DNA of 64,000 nucleotides, taken from positions 160,001-224,000 of IMG/VR virus record IMGVR_UViG_3300038679_000051. One strand, written 5' to 3'. The notes under the pieces are model-generated. The model was not told the DNA's origin. It saw nothing but the letters and a program-made list of their open reading frames with translations, and did not search any database. The position numbers and the translations under genes are program-made. Shown here piece by piece: positions 17,946 through 28,071 of the stretch. The DNA is from a virus (Duplodnaviria > Caudoviricetes). Every line of letters starts with the position of its first letter. Position 1 is the first letter of the stretch.

Positions 17946-18643
17946 CGGAGGATTTCACATTCAACATCGATCAATTGAGTGGGAAATTATCGATGCCCAA
18001 CATAATTAAGGTTAATGAAATTGAAACTGATGAGCAACGAAAACTTCGCATGCTCAATTCGATGAGTGCGTTGGTGATGTCATGTAGTTTGTGTGATTTA
18101 GGTAGGAAATCATGCATTGAGCATAGATCTGAGTTTGACCCACACGTATTCAGCACTAGAAACGTGAGTAGATGGCTGATCGTAGGACAAAATCCCGGAT
18201 ATAATGAATGTTTAAAACATGAACCATTTGTTGGTGATGCTGGCAGACTTTTTGATGAACAATTGGTTAGAAATGGATTGCATCGTTCACGTTTCTACAT
18301 ATCAAATGTCGTGAAATGTCATACGATCGCAAATGAATTACCAAATCCTGAACAAACATCTATCTGCTCTATGTTTCTAAAAATGGAAATATTATTGCTT
18401 AATCCGGTTTTGGTCGTGACGCTTGGGGCTGCCCCGTTTGGTGCGTTGTGCCCTAATTTAGTCTATTCGACTAGTCTCGGACAGATACACGATAGCGCTG
18501 AATTCAATTGTAAGGTTTTTCCGATTTATCATCCATCGCCTAGAAACATGAGTAATGTTGATAGGTTAGTCAGATTCAAACAGGACATGAAGAAATTATG
18601 TAAATTAATTAAGGCTTTTGAATCAACTGAATCATCAGACTGA
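17942..18643 (+). CDS. family-4 (Fe-S) uracil-DNA glycosylase
   Basis: CSLC, VGQNPG, PFVG, NVVKC, HPSP. Confidence 0.88.
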   Translation: MTEDFTFNIDQLSGKLSMPNIIKVNEIETDEQRKLRMLNSMSALVMSCSLCDLGRKSCIEHRSEFDPHVFSTRNVSRWLIVGQNPGYNECLKHEPFVGDAGRLFDEQLVRNGLHRSRFYISNVVKCHTIANELPNPEQTSICSMFLKMEILLLNPVLVVTLGAAPFGALCPNLVYSTSLGQIHDSAEFNCKVFPIYHPSPRNMSNVDRLVRFKQDMKKLCKLIKAFESTESSD

Positions 18644-19058
18644 TTCGTTTGCATTTCTTTCTTTTTATCAATTGAAGATTTTTAGACGAAAGGAATTGCA
18701 TTAATCTATAAGTTATGACTGATTTTGTGTGTCCTGCTTTAATCAATGGATCATATAAATCATCTAAAAATAATGATTCTGGAATGACCAATCTTGATTT
18801 CTCAATCAATGTAGTCGCAATATTTTTAATTCCATTATCGAGGATTCTTTTCGATTGGGCAGCATTATATGATTTTAATACATTTTTATTTTTATACATC
18901 AATTTACGAATGTCGACTTCCGTATTTTTAAATAGGATGTCTTCATCAAGCAATAACGTAATGGTGATTTGATTGGGGGATTCTTCGATGATCGGATGTG
19001 TGCTCTGCAATTCCATGGATAATTTAAATACTGAAATAGGCATCATCATAAATGACAA
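18609..19058 (-). CDS. hypothetical protein, start uncertain
   Basis: fills the gap between plus-strand genes; overlaps both neighbours. Confidence 0.4.
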   Translation of the reverse strand: MSFMMMPISVFKLSMELQSTHPIIEESPNQITITLLLDEDILFKNTEVDIRKLMYKNKNVLKSYNAAQSKRILDNGIKNIATTLIEKSRLVIPESLFLDDLYDPLIKAGHTKSVITYRLMQFLSSKNLQLIKRKKCKRISLMIQLIQKP

Positions 19059-19638
19059 GAAAGTTATGACGCTGATATGTGATTCTTGTGCAGACTCTGC
19101 GACGCCAAAAATGATAAAAGAGGCATATGAAAGAAAGGAAAAGAATGTTGGTGTCGTTTTGAAGAAATTAAACGAAGCCGCAGCACAGATAGGATATAAA
19201 TTGGTCCCTATTGAAGCACAAATACAAACGTCTCAACTACAATTACAGCCACAATTGCCTCAACCACAGCAATCTCAACCAACAAAGACGATAAAACTTC
19301 CGCCACCACCTAAAGCATCTGGGGCATCAATAGACAAACCATATATTAAGATTACACAAGATGGGAAAGCTATAGAATTGAATTCTAAAGTATTGGAAGC
19401 TCAAACTTTTAAATCAAACACCAGACCACCAACTACCATTCCTAAGAAGATCGTTGATCAATCAGGTGAAACGACAATCAACATAATTGATACGGGTGGC
19501 GATAAGGCACTACAAGAGACGTTTAAACAAGAGCATATCTCCACATATTTGAATGATTGCAGCGTATGTAAAGGGACTGGTAGGGTTATGAATGGTAACA
19601 AATGTCCAAGATGTAATGGCATTGGTATGATCAGATGA
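18973..19638 (+). CDS. hypothetical protein with N-terminal Zn ribbon and C-terminal DnaJ-type CxxCxGxG finger
   Basis: CVLC/CDSC; CSVCKGTG, CPRCNGIG. Confidence 0.75.
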   Translation: MGDSSMIGCVLCNSMDNLNTEIGIIINDKKVMTLICDSCADSATPKMIKEAYERKEKNVGVVLKKLNEAAAQIGYKLVPIEAQIQTSQLQLQPQLPQPQQSQPTKTIKLPPPPKASGASIDKPYIKITQDGKAIELNSKVLEAQTFKSNTRPPTTIPKKIVDQSGETTINIIDTGGDKALQETFKQEHISTYLNDCSVCKGTGRVMNGNKCPRCNGIGMIR

Positions 19639-19926
19639 TTATCTGAAAATTTTTTGTTTTCTGTGGGGCCAACTACCCAATGGTTGGCCCCATCCAATTT
19701 TTCCTTGTGTTGCACCTAATGGTGCATTAAAATATTTTCTATGACGTGGTTTCATCGGGGTGTCCTGATTGCCACTTCGATATGGTAATGGTCCATTACC
19801 ATCATTGCTCAGTTCTGGATAATTCGGATCTTGAATTTTATATGAATAATATTGTCCTATTGATGACCTTAAATTTTTTAGGACTGAATCAGATGGTCCT
19901 AGTTGTTCAAGCAATTTTATTCTCAT
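19639..19926 (-). CDS. hypothetical protein
   Basis: 95-aa ORF coupled to the upstream minus-strand gene. Confidence 0.65.
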   Translation of the reverse strand: MRIKLLEQLGPSDSVLKNLRSSIGQYYSYKIQDPNYPELSNDGNGPLPYRSGNQDTPMKPRHRKYFNAPLGATQGKIGWGQPLGSWPHRKQKIFR

Positions 19927-20378
19927 TACGCAAATCCGCCAGTGAACGGTTCGCTTTCTCCTTCTGATTCTAAATCTTGCATTCGTTCCGCGATTTCATC
20001 GAGATTTTCATTCCATCCAGCCGATCGTTCATCGTTTTTAAGATCTTTAATGACCTCTTTGTATGCATCTACCGCAGATTTTTGGTCTACGCCGGGTATC
20101 GCCCGTGACTTCAATTCCGCAACAAAAGCAGGGAGGAATTTTGGGTCATCTAAGTATTTATGTGAATGTACGGCCGTGAATGCAGAACGGATGGAATCAT
20201 AGAATGTTGAATCTACGATCTTCGAAGAAAATGCTTCTTGTGCATTTGACCAAGCGAATTGTTGATTGTGGGAATGTTCATGATCTTCGGGATCACCATG
20301 CAAATGTTTAATCCCAAGAATAGACCCATGAAGCATTCCTTTGACTGCTTCAAACAACATATGTTCTTCATTTTTCAT
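19926..20378 (-). CDS. hypothetical protein
   Basis: 150-aa ORF with AGGAG SD. Confidence 0.7.
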   Translation of the reverse strand: MKNEEHMLFEAVKGMLHGSILGIKHLHGDPEDHEHSHNQQFAWSNAQEAFSSKIVDSTFYDSIRSAFTAVHSHKYLDDPKFLPAFVAELKSRAIPGVDQKSAVDAYKEVIKDLKNDERSAGWNENLDEIAERMQDLESEGESEPFTGGFA

Positions 20379-20418
20379 TGGTTTTTCTCCTTAAATATAT
20401 GTTTGCTGGAGATAAATT

Positions 20419-20769
20419 ATGGCTAAACATGATCCATTGTTTAAAACATTTGATGTGGTCCAAATTTTGACCGTTAAGCATGTAAAATTCGTGTCTGGTC
20501 CAAAGAATCGTCCAGCATCACCGCATGGCAATTGGTCAGTAGTTGGATTTATCAAGAGTGATTTGATGCTTGCAAAAGATTCTACCATAGCATTAGTTCC
20601 AATTGATTCAGTTCGTAAAGTTGCATCATACGATCTGAATGGATTCCTAAAGAAGATTAAAGAGAGGGACACAAATGAAACAAAAAGAGAACAAACAAAA
20701 AGAGAACAAACAAAAAGAGAAGGTGGAACAACCGAAAACCTTCGAGGGATTGGTCACAAATCTCAATAG
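20419..20769 (+). CDS. hypothetical protein
   Basis: GGAG SD; C-terminus overlaps recA by 95 nt. Confidence 0.7.
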   Translation: MAKHDPLFKTFDVVQILTVKHVKFVSGPKNRPASPHGNWSVVGFIKSDLMLAKDSTIALVPIDSVRKVASYDLNGFLKKIKERDTNETKREQTKREQTKREGGTTENLRGIGHKSQ

Positions 20770-21751
20770 GGATTTTGGTGATGGTACCATCACATTCGTA
20801 AATCAAGGTTCAAAATTGAATGTTGATGTAATACCAACTGGGGCGATGACTCTAGATTTGGCCTTGGGTGTTGGCGGGGTCCCACGCAGTAGAATAATTG
20901 AGATATTCGGAGCAGAAGGCTGTGGCAAGACGACACTGTGTTTACATATTGTGGCTAATGCACAGAAAAAAGGCGGTAATGCTGCGTATATTGACGTTGA
21001 ATACGCTCTTGATATGACCTATGCAAAGAATTTGGGTGTGGACATTAATCACTTAGCATTATCTCAACCAGACACTGGGGAACAGGCATTGAGTTTGGTC
21101 GAAGGATTATTGAAATCGAACATGCTAGACGTGATTGTCGTTGATTCAGTTGCCGCGTTGATGACGAAGGCTGAACTCGAAGGAGAAATGGGAGACCAAC
21201 AAATGGCTCCCACGGCTAGATTAATGTCTCAGGCGCTTAGGAAATTGACGCCGCTTGTGGGTAAATCGAAGACATCACTGATATTCATCAATCAATTGCG
21301 TTCTAAGATCGGTTTCTTTATGGGTGATCCAAATACTACGCCAGGTGGTAGAGCTTTAAAATTTTATTCATCAGTACGCATACAAATGGCGAGGGTGGCA
21401 TCCGTTAAAGAAGGAGGTGAGAACATAGGTGGATTGGTTGTAGCCAATGTACTCAAAAACAAAGTCGCATCGCCATATAAGAAATGTCAATTCGAAATTC
21501 ATTATGGTTTGGGCATAAGTGCAGAGGCATCAATCATAGATGTCGGTACCAAAATCGGGATAATAAAGAAGAATGGGTCGTTCTTGAGTCATAATGATGT
21601 GAAATTAGGCAATGGTAAAATGGCAGCGATTTCTTTTTTAAAGAACAATACAAATATAACTGAGGAAATTAAATCCGAGATCATGAAAAAGATTTCAAGC
21701 GCAGAGGGGATGTTAGAAAATGGCGACGACACCGAAATTCAAGATCAATGA
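20675..21751 (+). CDS. recA: RecA recombinase
   Basis: GAEGCGKTT Walker A, SQPDTGEQAL, IVVDSVAAL, FINQLRSKIG, TTPGGRALKFYSSVR. Confidence 0.97.
   Translation: MKQKENKQKENKQKEKVEQPKTFEGLVTNLNRDFGDGTITFVNQGSKLNVDVIPTGAMTLDLALGVGGVPRSRIIEIFGAEGCGKTTLCLHIVANAQKKGGNAAYIDVEYALDMTYAKNLGVDINHLALSQPDTGEQALSLVEGLLKSNMLDVIVVDSVAALMTKAELEGEMGDQQMAPTARLMSQALRKLTPLVGKSKTSLIFINQLRSKIGFFMGDPNTTPGGRALKFYSSVRIQMARVASVKEGGENIGGLVVANVLKNKVASPYKKCQFEIHYGLGISAEASIIDVGTKIGIIKKNGSFLSHNDVKLGNGKMAAISFLKNNTNITEEIKSEIMKKISSAEGMLENGDDTEIQDQ
20678..20721 (+). repeat. 15-bp tandem repeat x3 (aaacaaaaagagaac)
   Basis: read as KQKEN in recA and TKREQ in the upstream ORF. Confidence 0.9.
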
Positions 21752-22082
21752 CATAGTATATCTGAAATCCTCTGCTGCGACTGGGATGCTCGAATCATAT
21801 AGAGTGTCACAAATAATAAAAACTGCTGCATCGTTGAATTGGCAATACAAAATAGCAATCAGGAAAAAATATGCCACTAGTCCGACGGTAGAAGATCAAG
21901 TCGATTTACAAACGGAGCAACCGTTCATTTTAGACGAAGGTGATTTATTGACTGGCTGTGAAGCGTCTTCAATTATGGTTGCTAACGCTAAAAAACGATA
22001 TGAACAAGCATTGGCAGTACAATTGACGTTGTGTAATGGAACGCCACCGCCGCCGGGTCCCACTTTTTGGTCGCAGACGTGA
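21720..22082 (+). CDS. hypothetical protein
   Basis: 120-aa ORF. Confidence 0.7.
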   Translation: MATTPKFKINDIVYLKSSAATGMLESYRVSQIIKTAASLNWQYKIAIRKKYATSPTVEDQVDLQTEQPFILDEGDLLTGCEASSIMVANAKKRYEQALAVQLTLCNGTPPPPGPTFWSQT

Positions 22083-22097
22083 ACGTATTAAATCTTT

Positions 22098-23525
22098 ATG
22101 GACGATCTAACATCATTTCTATCTCAATTGGATTTAGAAGACAGTGACATTGCTATGGATTCTAATGCCTTCGTAAAGATGGCATTCAATGAACCGTCTA
22201 CCTTCAAAAGAATGATGCCATATGTGGATAAATATTATACGACGAAGTCTATGTGGCAAGCGACTGCGTTGGCGATAATACGGAAATTTTATGAGGAACA
22301 TAATGAAATTCCTAGTAGAGGAGTCACTTTAAGGATTGCGAAGGCGAATCTAAAATCAGACGACATAGAAGACTACAATGAACTTGAGAAGAACATCAGC
22401 GAAATCATGTCGCAGTCCGATGTGAAACATTATAGATCAACGATTATTAAATGGTTAAAGAAGCAGCTGTTGTCAAATATGTTGAGCCAATCAAGCGAAT
22501 CTTTGGATGCTGCTGAACAGGGAAACGATGAATATTTCAAAGCATTGATTGATGACATTTCTACTCTCGATAGAATCGAAGCTAGACCGCTATATTTATG
22601 TGCTGATGCTGGTAAATTCCTAGAGAAGGATGAGTCCATAGGTCTGACATGTGGGGTGAGAGAATTAGATAGATATATGAACAATAACGTAGGGCCGACT
22701 TATGGTGAGATAGTGTGTTACATGGGAGGGACGGGCGTAGGTAAATCGAATTTTCTATGTAATGCAGCAGTCAAAGCCATAATGATGAAGAAGAATGTAT
22801 TGTATGTGACGCTTGAAATCCACACTAGACAACTAATATATAGATTGGTGTCTATCGTAGTGGGAATGATGAGAATGACTGGTTCCGATCCAACTCTACA
22901 TGGGGTCACCATTAGTAATTTGAGCGATCATAGAAAGAGATGCATGGAAGTATTAAGAGAACTATCTGCCACATGTGGTGCCGACATTGCCATTTCAGAT
23001 CTGCCTGGCAAAACTCTTACTGCTGAGGGGTTGAGTGGCATAATTGATGATTATCGACGGAATGGTTTTCACCCTGATGTCATCATAGTTGATTATCTAG
23101 ATGAAATGACAACGAAGCACGCTTCATTAAAAGACGGGGATTATTCTAGATTGAAGCACATCGCTAGTGATTTGCGTTCACTTGCCTCGAAACAAAATGT
23201 TTTAGTGATTACGGCAACTCAGACTAATAGAGGTAAGGATGATGACGATGAAATAATTGATCTAAATAGAACTGCTGAAAGTTATGGTAAGAATCATTCT
23301 CTAGATTATGTCATTTCGATCAATCAGCATGAATCCGAGAGACAATCATCTCAAATACGGTTATTTATTGTCAAAAACAGAAACGGTAAAAATAAAGTTG
23401 GAGTGAGGGGTAAAATAGATCTAACGACTCTCTATTATCACGTCACCGGTGAACTAGATGGTAGCGAGAAATCATTAGACAACATATCGCAGGTCAGATC
23501 TGGGGGAGATTTCGATGACGAATGA
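22098..23525 (+). CDS. DnaB/gp41-like replicative helicase
   Basis: GGTGVGKS Walker A, YVTLE, IIVDYLD, TATQTNR, IVKNRNG. Confidence 0.9.
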   Translation: MDDLTSFLSQLDLEDSDIAMDSNAFVKMAFNEPSTFKRMMPYVDKYYTTKSMWQATALAIIRKFYEEHNEIPSRGVTLRIAKANLKSDDIEDYNELEKNISEIMSQSDVKHYRSTIIKWLKKQLLSNMLSQSSESLDAAEQGNDEYFKALIDDISTLDRIEARPLYLCADAGKFLEKDESIGLTCGVRELDRYMNNNVGPTYGEIVCYMGGTGVGKSNFLCNAAVKAIMMKKNVLYVTLEIHTRQLIYRLVSIVVGMMRMTGSDPTLHGVTISNLSDHRKRCMEVLRELSATCGADIAISDLPGKTLTAEGLSGIIDDYRRNGFHPDVIIVDYLDEMTTKHASLKDGDYSRLKHIASDLRSLASKQNVLVITATQTNRGKDDDDEIIDLNRTAESYGKNHSLDYVISINQHESERQSSQIRLFIVKNRNGKNKVGVRGKIDLTTLYYHVTGELDGSEKSLDNISQVRSGGDFDDE

Positions 23526-23811
23526 TGTCTTTTATGATTCAGCACGTGAATTGATAATTATTACACATGATGGTAAGAAACGATATGTAGATTTACGCGC
23601 CAACGTTTTAGATACGGAACGGAACATATTAAATGAAATTATCGGATTACATGAGAAGAGTTGGTGTAATGGCAAAATGTTGTATGATTTTATTACTGCC
23701 ATGCAGGAAGCCATAAATGCGCGATTTGGCGTAGATATAAGAGCATTGCATGGTAGGAAGTTGAACTGGCGTAGTGGCAAGATTGAAGAGGAGACGACGA
23801 ATGAGATATGA
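23515..23811 (+). CDS. hypothetical protein
   Basis: 98-aa coupled ORF. Confidence 0.7.
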   Translation: MTNDVFYDSARELIIITHDGKKRYVDLRANVLDTERNILNEIIGLHEKSWCNGKMLYDFITAMQEAINARFGVDIRALHGRKLNWRSGKIEEETTNEI

Positions 23812-24133
23812 TTATGCTTGTGACAAATGCGAGACGGTTTTAGAAGTGACGCATGGGATGTTAGAAAAACCGACAATAAAATGCGATAAATGTCATCGTG
23901 TTATGCGTCTGGTGTTCAGCGTACCGATGGTGTATGTCCGTGGATATGGGTGGTGTGACAAAAAAGGTGCGAAACGGGATATGAATTTGTGGAAGTTGAA
24001 GAATGAAGATCCATACGCCAAAATCAGACCACCAGGAGATAAAAGTGATTTAGAACATAAATTAACACAAGGCGGTAAGAGACAGAAGAATCGTCGGCAT
24101 TATGCCGTGAATCTTGGTAAGAAGAAGAAATGA
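23801..24133 (+). CDS. FmdB-type Zn-ribbon protein
   Basis: MRYDYACDKC...E...CDKC; GAGGAG SD before 23801. Confidence 0.75.
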   Translation: MRYDYACDKCETVLEVTHGMLEKPTIKCDKCHRVMRLVFSVPMVYVRGYGWCDKKGAKRDMNLWKLKNEDPYAKIRPPGDKSDLEHKLTQGGKRQKNRRHYAVNLGKKKK

Positions 24134-25242
24134 TATATCTCTGTACGGCATTTAAACGTAATGGACTACCAATAATGTCATGTTTATATGGGAATGACAT
24201 AGAGATGATTCCATTGTATTGTGAAAATAATAAATTAAAGACTATTGACGCGAATAAAAAGAAAATTAGTGACCTCACAAAAAACAATCAAGTGATGATA
24301 CTGGATTGTAAGGCACATTTTGATGTCTTCGACATTACATCATCTGAAGTTTATGAGGCATTGCCTACGGCACATATCAGCGACATGGGAATTTTAAATG
24401 ATGTTAAAAAGACGTTGTTGAAATGCATGCATGTGATGACCGACGTGAAGAAACCGTCTTTGTGGCGGAAAACCATAGCTGATGCCGCGAAGATATACAC
24501 AAAATTACAGAACATAAAAATTATGGTTGATGGACAATACGTTCAACCAAAATACTATGTCGACACTTTTAGTGGTAGATCAAGAGCTACCGATTTTCCG
24601 ATTCAAACGACCAATGACAATCTCACCGTTGACGTGGATTTCGATTATTTCATCCATCTTGACTGGTTGTCAGCCGACATGCGCATCGCGTCGATATTAT
24701 CAAATGATGCAGATCTCATATCGTCGTTTGAACGTTCAGATCCATATACTTATCTTTCAGAAACATTAGATTTACCGCGTCATGATTGTAAAACTAGTCT
24801 CTTGGCGGCGATTTATTCGCTCACCATCGATGAACCGATATTACAATGTTTTCCGAGATTTAGAGATTGGATGGATGATACTGTCAAGAAGTTGCGATCT
24901 AATAAACATGCTGATTCAATATTGGGTAGAAGATTTTATATGTCCGATAAGACTAGTGATAAAACTTTATTTAATGCAACCATACAAGGATCAGTGGCAC
25001 ATGCCATGCATCTGGTTTTAAAAAGAGCGTTTGATTCCAGACACCGTAACGTATTTACGGAGTTACAGGATTCTTTGGTACTAATTGCGAAGAAAGATGA
25101 AGTTGGAGATGTGCTTGAGGATGTGCTTGACATCATGCTACATCCATTTGAGGGCGTTTTAGACGACAATCCAACGTTCCCTGTGAGAGTAAGCATAGGC
25201 AAGAAATGGAGAAATTGGAAAAAATATAAGGAATTCAGATGA
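24130..25242 (+). CDS. minimal family-A DNA polymerase (no exonuclease domains evident)
   Basis: motif A LDWLSADMRI, motif B RHDCKTSLLAAIYS, NATIQGSVAH, motif C ELQDSLV. Confidence 0.75.
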   Translation: MIYLCTAFKRNGLPIMSCLYGNDIEMIPLYCENNKLKTIDANKKKISDLTKNNQVMILDCKAHFDVFDITSSEVYEALPTAHISDMGILNDVKKTLLKCMHVMTDVKKPSLWRKTIADAAKIYTKLQNIKIMVDGQYVQPKYYVDTFSGRSRATDFPIQTTNDNLTVDVDFDYFIHLDWLSADMRIASILSNDADLISSFERSDPYTYLSETLDLPRHDCKTSLLAAIYSLTIDEPILQCFPRFRDWMDDTVKKLRSNKHADSILGRRFYMSDKTSDKTLFNATIQGSVAHAMHLVLKRAFDSRHRNVFTELQDSLVLIAKKDEVGDVLEDVLDIMLHPFEGVLDDNPTFPVRVSIGKKWRNWKKYKEFR

Positions 25243-25391
25243 ATGAGCGAAAGAGACTAAAGAGAAAGAAACGACGAGAGATACAGATTGCCGAGAAGTT
25301 GAGAGAGAGAAGATTGAGACTGAGAGAGCGAAAAAGGCGAGATGACGAAGAGCGAGATAAGATTGATAAATTGATGAAGAAATTGGGGTAA
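25239..25391 (+). CDS. 50-aa Arg/Lys-rich small protein, not in ORF track
   Basis: ATGA-coupled; MNERKRLKRKKRREIQIAEKLRERRLRLRERKRRDDEERDKIDKLMKKLG; exactly fills the gap. Confidence 0.6.
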   Translation: MNERKRLKRKKRREIQIAEKLRERRLRLRERKRRDDEERDKIDKLMKKLG

Positions 25392-25395
25392 GACG

Positions 25396-25887
25396 ATGAG
25401 TCAGGATGAATTCGAATCAATTTTTGATGAGCTTCCGTCGGAAATTAAAGATCTATTGGTTAGGATCAAAATAAGCATTCCTAATCGTAAACCAATAAGT
25501 TGTAATGTTATGCCATTGGTAAAGACATCATATGATCATCTTGAAGATCAACTGCAACAGACGCCATCGATTTTCTGTTTTTGGGGTATGGTCCATGCTG
25601 AGCAAAAGATGATTGTATCCGTATTGGAATTAAATTTGCAGAAGCGTAAAGCAACACTTGCTACCGACATGATAAAACAATCCAAAGAAGACGGATTTGA
25701 CATCCGTAGGAGCGATATAAAGGACGTATTAGAATCAGACACGGAGGTTTTACGTCTGCAGGCTAAGTTAGTATTGGAAGAGAAGTCACTGAATAAGATG
25801 AACGTATTGATGGATGCACTACGCATGAAGTCTGAGCATTTGCGCTCATTGAGTGGGTTTAAGAAGCAAGAGTTAAGGGACGCATGA
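25396..25887 (+). CDS. UvsY-like recombination mediator
   Basis: coiled-coil profile, size, position just before the SSB. Confidence 0.5.
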   Translation: MSQDEFESIFDELPSEIKDLLVRIKISIPNRKPISCNVMPLVKTSYDHLEDQLQQTPSIFCFWGMVHAEQKMIVSVLELNLQKRKATLATDMIKQSKEDGFDIRRSDIKDVLESDTEVLRLQAKLVLEEKSLNKMNVLMDALRMKSEHLRSLSGFKKQELRDA

Positions 25888-25914
25888 CCGCTGAGAGCGG
25901 AAGGGAGACAAAGC

Positions 25915-27021
25915 ATGGCGATTACGAAAGAGGAACTTGAGAAAATCAGGAAACGGATGTTGGACAAGAAATCTGGTGGATTTCATCGTGATCCATTGAA
26001 ATTTTCGATAGACAAGACGAAGTTGCCTAAGGATGGTTCACCAGTCATCTATCGATTTAGGATTTTGCCGCCAGTGTCGAGTGGTGACAAAGTGTTGATT
26101 GACGACAAACAGGTCGTCGCGAATGCTGATTTGGATTGGTGCGTTGAACATGGCAGTCATTGGTTCAACAATAAGAATTATGGTTGCCCTCGCATATCCG
26201 ACAATGGGAAATGTCCGGTTTGCGATATCGGATTTAATTTGTTTAAAAGTGTGACGGACAAAGACAAAAGGTCGAGCATTGCAAAACAATATCTATCTAA
26301 GACGTTTTGGGCGGTTAACGTGTATTTTCTAAATGCTTCACCAAACCCAGAAGAGGTTCGTGGCAAGGTGATGTGGATGGATCTGAATAAATCATTGTAT
26401 GATATTTGTGAGCAATGCATCATGTCTGACGATGGTGGTGATGATGAAGTTGATCCGAAAGCCTTCGGTGCATTCTTTGATCAGGACGAAGGATATGTTC
26501 TACAGATGGAAGTCAAATTAGACAATGGTTATCAATCATATAAGACTAGCAGATTTCTGCCTAGAACCAAAGGTCCGTTGGCGAAAACTTCGTCTGGTGA
26601 AGCAGATTTAGCTAGAGTAAAAGACATTTTATCAAAGCGACAATTGCTCACTGATAAGATTGATCAAATTAATATTGATGAGTTAAATCAAATCGCTGAG
26701 AGCATCTGCGACGATGATGCGGATGCAGAGGAGACCGTAGAAGAGAATGTCACGGAAGCGTCTACGGTCGTGCAACCGGGCAATAAGGGTAGACCAAAAC
26801 CAATGACGGAAGATGTCGTCGAAGATGTCGTCGAAGATGTTGTCGAAGAGGAGAAACCAGTAGAAAAGGCGAAGCCGAAACCACCGAAAAAGAAAACGGA
26901 GCCGGAACCAGAATCGGAACCAGAATCAGCGGAATCGGCGGAATCGGAACCTGGATCAGAATTCGATAATGATCCAGAATTGGCTAAATTGATGAATACA
27001 CTAAAAACGAAGAAGAAATAA
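25915..27021 (+). CDS. gp32-like single-stranded DNA-binding protein
   Basis: FRILPP, H.W...CP...CPVC Zn site, YQSYKTSRF, long acidic tail. Confidence 0.85.
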   Translation: MAITKEELEKIRKRMLDKKSGGFHRDPLKFSIDKTKLPKDGSPVIYRFRILPPVSSGDKVLIDDKQVVANADLDWCVEHGSHWFNNKNYGCPRISDNGKCPVCDIGFNLFKSVTDKDKRSSIAKQYLSKTFWAVNVYFLNASPNPEEVRGKVMWMDLNKSLYDICEQCIMSDDGGDDEVDPKAFGAFFDQDEGYVLQMEVKLDNGYQSYKTSRFLPRTKGPLAKTSSGEADLARVKDILSKRQLLTDKIDQINIDELNQIAESICDDDADAEETVEENVTEASTVVQPGNKGRPKPMTEDVVEDVVEDVVEEEKPVEKAKPKPPKKKTEPEPESEPESAESAESEPGSEFDNDPELAKLMNTLKTKKK

Positions 27022-27839
27022 TGCATTTATTGGTGGACGGTAAAAATTGTGCATATCGTGCATTGTTCGTGTCAAGGTCCACGAACGTACATCCAGTGAC
27101 GATTATGGTTCGTTTCATAGGATCATATGTCGAAAAATTTAGCCCATCCCACGTCCACATATTTTGGGAGGGACCTAGTCGGCAACTGTGGAGAAAATCT
27201 TTATATAAGGCATATAAAGATAATCGGCACCAGGATCATGGTTTTGATGTCGAAGAGCATATACGAATGACGCAGATTGCTGCAATTGAGCTATTCACAT
27301 GGCTCAATTGCAGACAATATCATAAATCATTTATGGAAGCGGACGATTTGATATATGCATTTTGTCGCTCGAATCTCGGCAAATCACTAATAATTTCAAG
27401 CGATGGTGATTTTCGACAATTATGTTATGCGTTTAAAAATGTGTCTTTATATGACCCAATGAAGAATGCGACATATGTCCCAGGTGATGTTGATCCATTA
27501 GAATTGAAGTGTTTCCATGGCGATAAATCAGACAACATTAGTGGTTATAAGGGCATTGGTCCTAAAAGGGCAATACAATTAATCAATGATATAAACAAAC
27601 AAAATGAATTTCTTAATCACAATGGCAGAGACATTTATCTGTTAAATAGAAGATTGATTGATTTGTCATTGTGTCCATATGTAGCGGACAACATTCTACA
27701 TATTAGAAGCATGATAACGAAAGAATCGAAATTTGACAAAAATAAAGTGGTGGAAATGATCAAGAAACACAAGATCATTGGACTCATGACCGAAATGCGC
27801 ATATGTGAGAGACGTTTCGGGGCGATGAAAGGGTGGTAA
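27021..27839 (+). CDS. 5'-3' exonuclease (T4 RNase H/FEN family)
   Basis: LLVDG.N, YKDNR, EADDLI, IISSDGDF, GDKSDNI.G..GIG.K. Confidence 0.92.
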   Translation: MHLLVDGKNCAYRALFVSRSTNVHPVTIMVRFIGSYVEKFSPSHVHIFWEGPSRQLWRKSLYKAYKDNRHQDHGFDVEEHIRMTQIAAIELFTWLNCRQYHKSFMEADDLIYAFCRSNLGKSLIISSDGDFRQLCYAFKNVSLYDPMKNATYVPGDVDPLELKCFHGDKSDNISGYKGIGPKRAIQLINDINKQNEFLNHNGRDIYLLNRRLIDLSLCPYVADNILHIRSMITKESKFDKNKVVEMIKKHKIIGLMTEMRICERRFGAMKGW

Positions 27840-27840
27840 A

Positions 27841-28071
27841 ATGAAAATTTGGAGAAAAGCCTGGATAATTGTCCTGTTTATGTGTGTCAGTGGATGCGTA
27901 TCTCGTGTAGTAAAAGAAAATGTAAGAGTTAATACGGAAACGCAGAAAGAATACGTGAAGAGAATGGATGAAGGAAATACTACGTCAGATCAAGACAAAG
28001 AGGTCATTAGAGCACAATCAAGGAATTGGGAAGCCATTAATCGTTATTTAAATGGAGATCATGATGAATAA
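27841..28071 (+). CDS. predicted lipoprotein
   Basis: hydrophobic signal with VSGC lipobox. Confidence 0.65.
   Translation: MKIWRKAWIIVLFMCVSGCVSRVVKENVRVNTETQKEYVKRMDEGNTTSDQDKEVIRAQSRNWEAINRYLNGDHDE

Noticed and set aside
25235-25420. Minus-strand 61-aa ORF
   Set aside because: Antisense to the coupled Arg-rich plus-strand ORF 25239-25391
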